From NCBI GenBank assembly GCA_965238175.1, contig CBDEGZ010000003.1, positions 1,856,001-1,920,000 of the forward strand: DNA of 64,000 bases. The letters are read 5' to 3'. Positions within the stretch are counted from its first letter, which is position 1. The number at the start of each line of letters is the position of its first letter. Source of the DNA: Gammaproteobacteria bacterium (GTDB lineage: Bacteria > Pseudomonadota > Gammaproteobacteria > CAJXQU01). This document shows positions 10,337-20,562 of the stretch, in pieces. A program made the translations under genes and the position numbers. The notes under the pieces were generated by a model. That model was not told the DNA's origin and did no database searches. It saw nothing but the letters and a program-made list of their open reading frames with translations.

Positions 10337-11791
10337 ATGAAAAACGGTATTGTTGTTCCGACAATGTTAATTGTGACAGCTTTTACATTGTCTATAGAGG
10401 CTGCTGAATATACAGCGACACCATATGTTAATGTGCGTCTTAGTGCAGACACAAATAAAAGGTTAACAACGCAGGAGGAGAAAACAACCACAGGTGCTGG
10501 CTTGAATGGCGGAGTAGTTTTTACTGCTGGTACTGAGAGATCGACATACTCACTCACCCCTAGATTCAATACAGGTTGGTTTTCTGATGATGGCAATAAC
10601 GTTGATCAGGACAATGATGATTACTTCATCGACTGGACGAGTTCACATCTTTTAAGTGAGAGGTTTTCTGCGGGTACCAATTTTACTTATGCTAATTCTG
10701 GTGTTGTCGGTACCGAATTGGATGATCAAGGCCTGACCTTGAATGGAGGTGATGATTTTGCAACTGAGGTTGGCCCAATCACAGAAAACTTTTCCAGAGA
10801 AACTTTTAGTGGTGGAGGTTCAATTTCCTATGCCTATGATGAGAAGAATAGTTTCAGCATCAGTGGAAGCTACTCAAAAACTGAATATGACACGAACGAA
10901 ACCGGCTTGGCAAATTATGATAGTCAGTCCGTGAACGCCTCTTGGTCTCATCAGTTGGGTGAGACAGATCAAATATCCGTATCAGTCCATGCTTCCAAGC
11001 AAGATTCTGACCGTGATTTTTTGCTTGAACAAAGTATTAGTCTTGGGCTTAGTTCTAGCTCAATTGATACAAGTTCTAATGAAACGGGTATTTCCTTAGG
11101 CTATATACACAGTTTTAGTGATACATTGGCTGGCAGTTTCAATGTGGGTACGCGTAGTACGGATTCTAATTTTGCAGACCTGACTGATTTTCAATATCAA
11201 TTAACTAGAGAATCTGCCGCTGCAGCACAGGGTTTAGTTAACCCTAGTGATGGACTACCTGTTACTAATGTTATTGATAGAGACCACCCAGCTCTTTCTA
11301 ACCCGTTTTTTTTACTGGCAAACCCAACCTTTTTACAAGGTAGTGACGTCGTAAATAGAGTTTACCAACAAGGTGAAAATAACAGTTCCGGATTAACTCT
11401 GGATGCAAGTATTGAAAAGCTCTATAGCGACAAAACAACGATTACAGCAGGGATATCTAAAGGTACACAGTCAACAGGTCTTGGTATATCAGAAAATGAA
11501 GCGGTTTATTTAAGCGGTAACTACCTGTGGTCAGATCGTTTAACTACGAATGGTAGGTTCCAATACTCGACTATTGACTCACAGAATGAGTCAACGCTTT
11601 TCCCAGATGCGGGTAAAAATGAGCAGTTTCTTCTTGAGTTAGGATTAAATTGGCGCTGGACTGAGTTCTGGTCGTTAGGTGCGGGTTATAGTTATCGCGA
11701 AATTGATCGTGAAGACGACGACTCTGCTGATAATCATGGTGTGTTTTTCACGCTTGGTTATAACGGCAATACATACTCCAGATCACGCTAA
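10337..11791 (+). CDS. Outer membrane beta-barrel protein associated with polysaccharide export
   Basis: Signal peptide and alternating aromatic/Gly/Ser strand pattern; directly downstream of the OPX gene. Confidence 0.7.
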   Translation: MKNGIVVPTMLIVTAFTLSIEAAEYTATPYVNVRLSADTNKRLTTQEEKTTTGAGLNGGVVFTAGTERSTYSLTPRFNTGWFSDDGNNVDQDNDDYFIDWTSSHLLSERFSAGTNFTYANSGVVGTELDDQGLTLNGGDDFATEVGPITENFSRETFSGGGSISYAYDEKNSFSISGSYSKTEYDTNETGLANYDSQSVNASWSHQLGETDQISVSVHASKQDSDRDFLLEQSISLGLSSSSIDTSSNETGISLGYIHSFSDTLAGSFNVGTRSTDSNFADLTDFQYQLTRESAAAAQGLVNPSDGLPVTNVIDRDHPALSNPFFLLANPTFLQGSDVVNRVYQQGENNSSGLTLDASIEKLYSDKTTITAGISKGTQSTGLGISENEAVYLSGNYLWSDRLTTNGRFQYSTIDSQNESTLFPDAGKNEQFLLELGLNWRWTEFWSLGAGYSYREIDREDDDSADNHGVFFTLGYNGNTYSRSR

Positions 11792-11805
11792 CCCAACCTA
11801 AACCT

Positions 11806-11848
11806 CTATCTCAATATTTCAGACGTTTGTCTTAAAATATTGAGATAG
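11806..11848 (+). terminator. Hairpin after the beta-barrel gene (probable terminator)
   Basis: CTATCTCAATATTT...AAATATTGAGATAG inverted repeat 15 nt after the stop; weak U-tract. Confidence 0.5.
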
Positions 11849-12123
11849 TTCTACACTCTAAAGTCATCTAACTGTCAAATTTACAAAACTTGTCAATAAA
11901 GTGACAATCCATAACACTATATTGTAAAACATAACTATCACTTTTTGATCTGATGTGAGATTCTGCGTTTATTATAGTCTTGGAAGAGCATTATAGAGAC
12001 GGATAATCAAGAATTCGAATGTGATGTTATTTCTTTCAATACAATTCTATAATGTTGATATACGTCACATTATTTAACATTGATCCGATTATTAAACTGT
12101 ATAAACTTATCTAATGCTTAATC

Positions 12124-12138
12124 AGGAACAAAAGTTGC
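12124..12138 (+). promoter_or_regulatory. Candidate sigma-54 (-24/-12) promoter
   Basis: AGGAAC-AAAAG-TTGC has the exact GG-N10-GC spacing and lies ~90 nt upstream of the co-polymerase gene. Confidence 0.45.
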
Positions 12139-12228
12139 GGGTAATATTAGAAAAATCATCTAATAATTACCGGTTTAGCTAACCTGAAAGCTAACGATGT
12201 TTGATCAAATTATTGAGTTAAAAAGTAA

Positions 12229-14136
12229 ATGAATATGATAGTAGAAGAGCCCGAAAAAGAAATTGGTGATTATTTTAATATTTTAAGACGCCATACAACG
12301 CTCATTTTTGTTGTAATAGCACTGATACTAGCGATTAGTTTAAGTTTTGCATTTGGTCTTAAGGCGGTTTATAAATCTTCATCCACCATTCTTATCGAGC
12401 AGCAACAGGTACCTCAAGATTTTGTACGTACTCTTGTCACCAGCTTTGCTGAGCAACGGATACAAGTTATTGGTCAGAAGGTTTTATCCACCAGAAACCT
12501 TCTTTCCTTGATAGAGAAATACGATCTCTATAAAGAGGAGCGTAAAATAGATCCTCTAGAATTTGTTGTCAAGGATATGAGAGAGAAAATCAGCCTTGAT
12601 ATGATCAGTGCAGATGTTGTAGATCCACGAAGTGGTCAAGCAAGATCTGCAACCATCGCATTTTCATTATCTTTTGAAGATCATTCCGCTAAATTGGCCC
12701 AAAGCGTCACAAATGAGTTAACGAACTTGTTTTTAAATGAAAATATAAAGAACCGTACTGAAACATCTATTGAGGCTTCTGCCTTTCTGGAGTCTGAAGC
12801 GGGTAAGTTAAGAACGACTATTGCTTCGCTAGAAGAAAAATTAGCCACGTTTAAAGAGGACAATGCCGATAATTTGCCAGAACTTGCACAACTGAATCTG
12901 CAAATAATGAATAGAACTGAGCAGGAAATTTTAGAGGTTAAAAGGCAAATCAGAAGTACTAATGAACGTAAAATCTATCTGGCCGCAGAATTGGCGCAGC
13001 AACCCGAAACAATTGATGAACAACGCTACAACCCGGCATTTGATATTCAACGGCAGAAGTATGAAATTTCATTACAACGACATCAATATCAATTGCAACA
13101 GCGAGCCGAAGAGCTCAATCGTAAAACAAGGATAGGGCAACTTGAACCAGATACTAGGCTTGAAGCGCTACAAGCAGAATATTTGGCTTCTGTCTCAAAA
13201 TATTCATCTGGACATCCTGATGTCCAACGCTTAAAACGGGAAATAGATTCACTACGTAAGGAAGTCGGTTCTTCTGCGTCTGATACAACTGTGCTGGATA
13301 GTAGAATTGCTAATTTAGAGCAAACATTATCTTCGGCAAGAGAACGTTACTCAGCAGATCATCCAGATATTCGTCGTTATGAAAGAGAATTAAATGAACT
13401 TGAAAGCCAACGAAATTCAAAAGTGATTGAGTTTAAAAGTTCTGGTGCTGCTGATAGACCTAAGTTTCCTGGTTATAACGTTACCGAACCTCAATTTTTA
13501 ATTAAAGAACGGCCAAATCCGGCTCATGTGCAATTAAAGTCACAACTTGAAGCGGCAGATACTGAAATTAGTTCACTGGATAAGAAAGTTCTTGAATTAG
13601 AAGGGAAACGAGATGACTATGAAAGTCGCTTAACTAGAACACCTCAGGTAGAAAGACAATATCGTGACTTAACCCGTGATTTTGATACTGCAACTCTTAA
13701 ATATCGAGAAATTAGTTCTAAACAGTTAGAAGCACAGCTGTCACAATCTTTAGAGTCAGAGCGTAAAGGAGAACGGTTTGTATTGATCGAACCTCCAATA
13801 CTCCCGCAAGAACCTTTCAAACCAAATCGGCTTGCGATTGCCTTTTTAGGGTTTATTTTTTCTATAGCAAGCGGGATAGGTGCTGCATCACTTGCGGAGG
13901 CATTGAATCAAACAGTAAATGGTAGACACGGTGTAATGGAACTAATGGGAGAAGCACCTTTGGCCTCTGTACCATATATCATAACGGCAATCGATATTAG
14001 AAAAAAGATAGTGCGGAGAAGTTTAGTCACATTCGGTATGGTGGCTTCAATAATAATAGCGGCTGTTTTAATCCATTTTTATTTTCTGCCTCTTGATGTG
14101 TTCTGGTTTAAAAGTTTAAGAAAATTTGGAATATAG
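12229..14136 (+). CDS. Polysaccharide chain-length determinant / co-polymerase (Wzc transmembrane part, GumC-like)
   Basis: N-terminal TM, long coiled coil with two HPD motifs, P..P..P.KPNR followed by TM segments. Confidence 0.88.
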   Translation: MNMIVEEPEKEIGDYFNILRRHTTLIFVVIALILAISLSFAFGLKAVYKSSSTILIEQQQVPQDFVRTLVTSFAEQRIQVIGQKVLSTRNLLSLIEKYDLYKEERKIDPLEFVVKDMREKISLDMISADVVDPRSGQARSATIAFSLSFEDHSAKLAQSVTNELTNLFLNENIKNRTETSIEASAFLESEAGKLRTTIASLEEKLATFKEDNADNLPELAQLNLQIMNRTEQEILEVKRQIRSTNERKIYLAAELAQQPETIDEQRYNPAFDIQRQKYEISLQRHQYQLQQRAEELNRKTRIGQLEPDTRLEALQAEYLASVSKYSSGHPDVQRLKREIDSLRKEVGSSASDTTVLDSRIANLEQTLSSARERYSADHPDIRRYERELNELESQRNSKVIEFKSSGAADRPKFPGYNVTEPQFLIKERPNPAHVQLKSQLEAADTEISSLDKKVLELEGKRDDYESRLTRTPQVERQYRDLTRDFDTATLKYREISSKQLEAQLSQSLESERKGERFVLIEPPILPQEPFKPNRLAIAFLGFIFSIASGIGAASLAEALNQTVNGRHGVMELMGEAPLASVPYIITAIDIRKKIVRRSLVTFGMVASIIIAAVLIHFYFLPLDVFWFKSLRKFGI

Positions 14137-14197
14137 AGAAAGTAAATAATAGCGATATTTAGCAATCTAGTAGATAAATTAACGAACAGGTATCAAG

Positions 14198-15031
14198 ATG
14201 GAAAGGATCAAACAGGCATTATTAGCCAGAGCAAGAGAAGAACGGCAAAATGGAGATGTTTCACTTGTAAACTTTAAAAGTCGACAAGATCAGCAAGCTT
14301 TGGCTCAGAACGATGATCTTAACTTTGAGTATACTCAAACGAAGATATTTGAACCTGATCATAAGTTGTTAAAAAAGAACCGGATCTTGATAGATAAAGA
14401 TCATGATCGAGCGAATGCTGCATATAAGTTATTAAGAACGCAACTTGAGCAACGTATGCTCGCAAAAAATTGGAATACGCTTGCGGTCACAAGCCCAGGG
14501 CCTGACCATGGGAAATCGTTAACCAGTATTAACCTGGCCATTAGCCTCGCTAAAGCATCACACCACACAGTGCTATTAGTCGATTTAGATATGCGTAAAC
14601 CATCCGTACATCGATATTTTGGTTTTGAACCAGAGTACGGTATCTATGATTGCATTTCTGAAGATTTACCATTGGAACAAATTTTAATTAATCCAGGTAT
14701 TGAAAGGTTGGTCATTGCTCCTGGAAAGCAATCAATTTATAACTCTTCCGAATTGCTGGCTTCACCTAAAATGGGCGAATTAGTTAATGAGATAAAAAAT
14801 CGATATCGCTCAAGATATATCATCTTTGATCTACCCCCTGTTTTAGCGACTGATGATGCGATGGCCTTTTCGCCTTATATTGATGCTACTTTACTGGTTT
14901 TGGAAGACGCCGTAACGGCCAAAGATCAGCTCAAGCAAACACTTGAAATGCTACAGGGGACCGAAATAATTGGGACAGTATTAAATAAATCTAAGACCAA
15001 AAAAGGAAATTACTATTACTATTATTATTAA
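14198..15031 (+). CDS. BY-kinase (CpsD/CapB-family tyrosine-protein kinase)
   Basis: Walker A (SPGPDHGKS), A' (LLVDLDMR), Walker B (IIFDLPP) and a C-terminal YYYYYY autophosphorylation cluster. Confidence 0.9.
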   Translation: MERIKQALLARAREERQNGDVSLVNFKSRQDQQALAQNDDLNFEYTQTKIFEPDHKLLKKNRILIDKDHDRANAAYKLLRTQLEQRMLAKNWNTLAVTSPGPDHGKSLTSINLAISLAKASHHTVLLVDLDMRKPSVHRYFGFEPEYGIYDCISEDLPLEQILINPGIERLVIAPGKQSIYNSSELLASPKMGELVNEIKNRYRSRYIIFDLPPVLATDDAMAFSPYIDATLLVLEDAVTAKDQLKQTLEMLQGTEIIGTVLNKSKTKKGNYYYYYY

Positions 15032-15136
15032 TTTTGTAATTAACTGAGTGACTAATTTTTAGTTTAAACTATTGATCGGGCTTATTTACTTAAGTTAAGG
15101 ATTAATAAAAAATAATATGAAGGGATATTACTGACA

Positions 15137-16087
15137 ATGTACGAACAATTTTTTGGTTTTAGAGAAAAGCCATTTTCGTTACTACCAGACCCGGATCTTT
15201 TATATTTGGGTAATAAGCACAGCATGGCGTTGGCACTTTTACAATACGCGATCCTTAATCAGATAATGGTGACAGTGCTGAGTGGTGAAATTGGTTCTGG
15301 AAAGACTACACTGATTCGGCACATTATGGCTCAGCTTGGCGATGAAGTTAATATTGGCCTCATTTCAAATACCCATGCTGATTTTGGAGATTTGATCCAA
15401 TGGGTATGCCTTGCTTATGGCCTTCCAGTTCAAGGAAAAGATAAAATCACGCTGTATCAGGATTTTCACGAGTACTTGATCGAGTGCTATGCACGTGGCC
15501 AACGATCAATTCTAGTCATAGATGAATCGCAAAATCTGGATGTTAGTGCGTTAGAAGAATTAAGACTTCTAACTAATATAAATGCCGGTAAAGACAATAT
15601 CTTGCAACTTGTCTTAGTTGGCCAGCCAGAATTACGTCAAAAATTTAAGCTCCCAGGTTTAGAACAGTTTATGCAACGTGTTGGTGTTGCCTACCATTTG
15701 AAACCATTAGATCGAGAAGAAACTGATCGTTATATTCGGCACAGAATAAAATCAGTTGGAGGTGATCCTGATTTATTTGAGCCGGTAGCATTACGCTTTA
15801 TTCATCACCAAAGTGGTGGGATCCCACGTTTGATCAATGTCATCTGCGATTCTGCACTCGTATATGCTTATGGTGAGCGTAGGAAACGTATCGATGTAGG
15901 CCTGGTACATCAGGTTGTGCAAGACAAAATCAAGACAGGTTTACTTGCAACAAGAAAAGGTTATGTAGATCGTAATGTTGATATTGCAATACCGAAAAAA
16001 GTTGTTAAAGAATCTATAGCTGAGCCAGAAAAAAAAAACAGGGATGGTTTCATCCCTAAGTCATACTTTGCAGATAAAGCTCAGTAA
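15137..16087 (+). CDS. ExeA-like AAA ATPase (PEP-CTERM/EPS locus type)
   Basis: MYEQFFGFREKPFSLLPDP start, GEIGSGKTT, VIDESQ, LVGQPEL and GIPRLIN. Confidence 0.85.
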   Translation: MYEQFFGFREKPFSLLPDPDLLYLGNKHSMALALLQYAILNQIMVTVLSGEIGSGKTTLIRHIMAQLGDEVNIGLISNTHADFGDLIQWVCLAYGLPVQGKDKITLYQDFHEYLIECYARGQRSILVIDESQNLDVSALEELRLLTNINAGKDNILQLVLVGQPELRQKFKLPGLEQFMQRVGVAYHLKPLDREETDRYIRHRIKSVGGDPDLFEPVALRFIHHQSGGIPRLINVICDSALVYAYGERRKRIDVGLVHQVVQDKIKTGLLATRKGYVDRNVDIAIPKKVVKESIAEPEKKNRDGFIPKSYFADKAQ

Positions 16088-16220
16088 ATAGTTCGCTTCA
16101 GCAATATACGCTATCATATTGATTCTAAACAGTAGGATGAAAGTAATCAACCCTATATAATCTTCATCATTGTTCAACCTTTTTCTTTGCCAGATTAACC
16201 AGGGCGGGGACAAAAAAACT

Positions 16221-16577
16221 ATGAGAAGACCTTTTTACCTAATGTTGATGACCCCAGCAGCACTATTTGCTGGTGAGGCAGATGTGCTGAATGTAGTTAT
16301 CAAACATTCTTTCGACGATGTATACGAATTCAATGTTACTGTTAAACATGATGATCAAGGTTGGGATCATTATGCTAACGGTTGGGAAGTTTTAACGCCT
16401 TCTGGAAAAGTAATTGACGTTAGGGTTTTGCATCATCCGCATAAAAATGAGCAACCTTTTACACGTTCGATGCATATCAAAATTCCGCAAAATATTTCTG
16501 AGGTAACTATCAGGACACACGATAACGTGCACAAATATGGTGGCGAAGAAAAGACACTGAAGATACCAGACCGATAA
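16221..16577 (+). CDS. Secreted His-rich conserved hypothetical protein
   Basis: Signal-like N-terminus from ATG 16221; motifs HDDQGWDHYA, LHHPH and HDNVH. Confidence 0.7.
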   Translation: MRRPFYLMLMTPAALFAGEADVLNVVIKHSFDDVYEFNVTVKHDDQGWDHYANGWEVLTPSGKVIDVRVLHHPHKNEQPFTRSMHIKIPQNISEVTIRTHDNVHKYGGEEKTLKIPDR

Positions 16578-16612
16578 TTAGGTTATCCGATTTAACTTTA
16601 AAAATATAGATT

Positions 16613-17911
16613 ATGGAAAGTGATAATAATTTTGACTATCGACCACTTGCTGATCGAATGCGACCGCAAGAAATTAAACAGGTTGTCGGTCAAGATCATT
16701 TGCTTGCAGAAGGTAAACCATTAAGACTTGCAATTGAATCTGGTCGCTTGCATTCTATGGTTTTTTGGGGCCCACCAGGTACTGGAAAAACAACCTTAGC
16801 GAGATTGATCGCACAACACGCCGATGCGCAATTCTTAACTATTTCAGCAGTATTGGGTGGGGTTAAAGAGATCCGCTCTGCAATTGATCAGGCGAAAAAG
16901 ATAAGGGAAGCTTATCAAAAAAATACGGTCCTTTTTGTAGATGAAGTACACCGTTTTAATAAGGCTCAGCAAGATGCGTTTTTGCCACATATAGAAGATG
17001 GAACGATAACCTTCGTCGGTGCGACGACAGAAAATCCTTCTTTTGAGTTAAACAATGCGTTGTTATCACGGGTACGTGTCTATGTATTGAAATCGCTTTC
17101 TGCAAAGCAGATCAAAAATATAATTGATATCGCATCTAAGAAGCTAGAAGTAATAGTTCCTGAGAATTTACAGGACATGCTTTCAGAAGCAGCTGATGGC
17201 GATGCTCGAAAAGTCCTTAACTTACTCGAAATAGCCACTGATCTTGCTACTGATGGTCAAATAACAGAGTCACACCTGGAACAGGTTTTAGCCGGTGGAT
17301 CACTGCGTCGTTTCGACAAAGGTGGAGAAGCGTTTTATGATCAAATCTCCGCATTGCACAAATCTGTTAGAGGTTCATCACCAGATGCTTCTCTTTATTG
17401 GTTTGCGAGAATGATCGATGGCGGTTGTGATCCGCTTTATATTGCTCGAAGAGTCGTTCGCATTGCTTCTGAAGATATTGGGAATGCCGATCCTCGTGCT
17501 TTACGTATCGCACTGGATGCGTGGGAAACACAGGAGCGGCTAGGGAGTCCTGAAGGGGAGTTGGCTATCGCACAAGCAATCGTCTATCTAGCATCAGCTG
17601 CCAAGAGCAATGCAGTCTACATGGCCTGGTTTGCCGTGATGCAAGATGTTCGTGAGTATGGTTCTCTTGAGGTGCCTATGCATATTAGAAATGCACCGAC
17701 TAAGATGATGAAAGAAATGGAGTACGGAAAAGGGTATCGTTATGCGCATAATGAACCGGATGCTTACGCTGCAGGAGAAAGTTATTTACCAGAGGAATTA
17801 CAAGATCGTCAGTATTATGATCCTGCTCCGAGAGGAATGGAGATCAAAATTGGTGAAAAACTTACTCGATTAAGAGAATTAGATCGGCAAAAAATAAATA
17901 AGAAATCATGA
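16613..17911 (+). CDS. rarA: Replication-associated recombination protein A
   Basis: [25 protein letters not shown] and SEDIGNADP; conserved rarA-crcB-serS order. Confidence 0.95.
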   Translation: MESDNNFDYRPLADRMRPQEIKQVVGQDHLLAEGKPLRLAIESGRLHSMVFWGPPGTGKTTLARLIAQHADAQFLTISAVLGGVKEIRSAIDQAKKIREAYQKNTVLFVDEVHRFNKAQQDAFLPHIEDGTITFVGATTENPSFELNNALLSRVRVYVLKSLSAKQIKNIIDIASKKLEVIVPENLQDMLSEAADGDARKVLNLLEIATDLATDGQITESHLEQVLAGGSLRRFDKGGEAFYDQISALHKSVRGSSPDASLYWFARMIDGGCDPLYIARRVVRIASEDIGNADPRALRIALDAWETQERLGSPEGELAIAQAIVYLASAAKSNAVYMAWFAVMQDVREYGSLEVPMHIRNAPTKMMKEMEYGKGYRYAHNEPDAYAAGESYLPEELQDRQYYDPAPRGMEIKIGEKLTRLRELDRQKINKKS

Positions 17912-18282
17912 CACAGTTAATTAGCATAGCTTTAGGTGGTGCAATCGGTGCTGTTTTACGCTTTATGACCTCAAATATGGTCTATTCCCAACTGGGAAGA
18001 GTTTTTCCATGGGGAACTTTAATGGTCAATGTGATCGGATCACTTTTCATGGGCTTATTATTCGTCTTATTTACAGAGCGCATGGAGCTAAATAGTGACG
18101 TACGTGCATTTATTACTGTTGGCTTATTAGGCGCTTTTACAACTTTTTCAACTTTTACGATTGAAACGATGAATTTGATCGAATCGGGTGAGCTGATGAG
18201 GGCAGGAGTTAATATTCTCGCGAGTGTTGTTTGTTGTCTTGCTGCTTGTTGGCTGGGGATGATCATTGCGAGACAGTTATAG
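17908..18282 (+). CDS. crcB: Fluoride efflux channel CrcB/FluC
   Basis: [16 protein letters not shown] and [12 protein letters not shown]. Confidence 0.95.
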   Translation: MTQLISIALGGAIGAVLRFMTSNMVYSQLGRVFPWGTLMVNVIGSLFMGLLFVLFTERMELNSDVRAFITVGLLGAFTTFSTFTIETMNLIESGELMRAGVNILASVVCCLAACWLGMIIARQL

Positions 18283-18409
18283 TAAAAAGTTATTCCTTAA
18301 CAGTTATGAAATGAGCAATGACCTGTATAATTGCCGTCTTTTGAGCAGAATCATTTCTGAACAGTACAAAATTTAAAATACAAGCCTAAGGAATAGAAGG
18401 AAATAATAA

Positions 18410-19681
<1,272 letters not shown>

Positions 19682-19703
19682 CTAATAATCAAATTTTGCG
19701 TCT

Positions 19704-20030
19704 TTAATGAATGTTGCTATCCATGTCTAAATAGTCAAGATCATCAAAGTCATCAAAGTCATCAAACTCGTCTTGCATTACTTGATCAACAATTGTTTGT
19801 ACAGAACTACTATGAGATAGATCGACGACTAAGTCATCAAACATTTCCATAAAGGATCGGCGTAATGCTCTTTCCGTTTTATCAGTCATGTTTAGATCTT
19901 TAACTAAAGAACTGTGTGGTTTTATGTCTTCCAGTTCGACATTAAGAACATCGGAAATGACGGAATATACGGTCATGGTCATTAAGCCTTTTACTGTTTC
20001 CAGCTCGTTATCATCAGTTTTAAAACACAT
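19704..20030 (-). CDS. Acyl-carrier-protein-like small acidic protein lacking the DSL serine
   Basis: Good RBS (AGAGGGA). ACP-like pattern VISDVLNV..EDIKP.SSLVKDL, but DLNMTDKT where ACPs have DLGxDSL. Acidic DDF-repeat tail. Confidence 0.55.
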   Translation of the reverse strand: MCFKTDDNELETVKGLMTMTVYSVISDVLNVELEDIKPHSSLVKDLNMTDKTERALRRSFMEMFDDLVVDLSHSSSVQTIVDQVMQDEFDDFDDFDDLDYLDMDSNIH

Positions 20031-20562
20031 AGGTCCCTCTAGTGTATTAATGGTTTAAAAGGTGGTGAATTTATAGAATCATCCTTGATTACTATGCGCT
20101 AAATCCACATAAAGTTTAACGACAGAGATTTTAAAAACTTAAATTTGAAATATGAACTAGTCAGCAAAAATGAACACTTATCAAAATAATCTTTTTGCAA
20201 ACCTGGAGCAATATCCTTGAGAGCAGTATCGGTAGAGAGCTGTTGTCGGTAGAGAGTATTTATCCACAATTTCATGATCATAAATTAATAGTTTGTGATT
20301 GGGATAATGTAATAAAAGCGAAGAAGTGGGGTTTCCAGAAAAACATAAGCTCGTCTAATCGAGGGAGCTGCCGCAGCGAAACTTTAAAGATAAACTGGGG
20401 AAAATAGAGCTAATACATTTAATGAGTTGGATTCTAAAAATGGTGTACTTCCAGCTTATCTATGGAAATATTCAAGTTATTTATAATCTTGAATTAAGAA
20501 AAGAAGCTGGGTTTAGTGATAAGGAATTAAAAATACTAAGTAATGAGAATAAATAGTTAAGC

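Noticed and set aside
20099-20407. Two short overlapping ORFs and a TCGGTAGAGAG direct repeat in the intergenic region
   Set aside because: No recognisable protein or RNA family. The 11-bp repeat pair could be an operator but I cannot support that.
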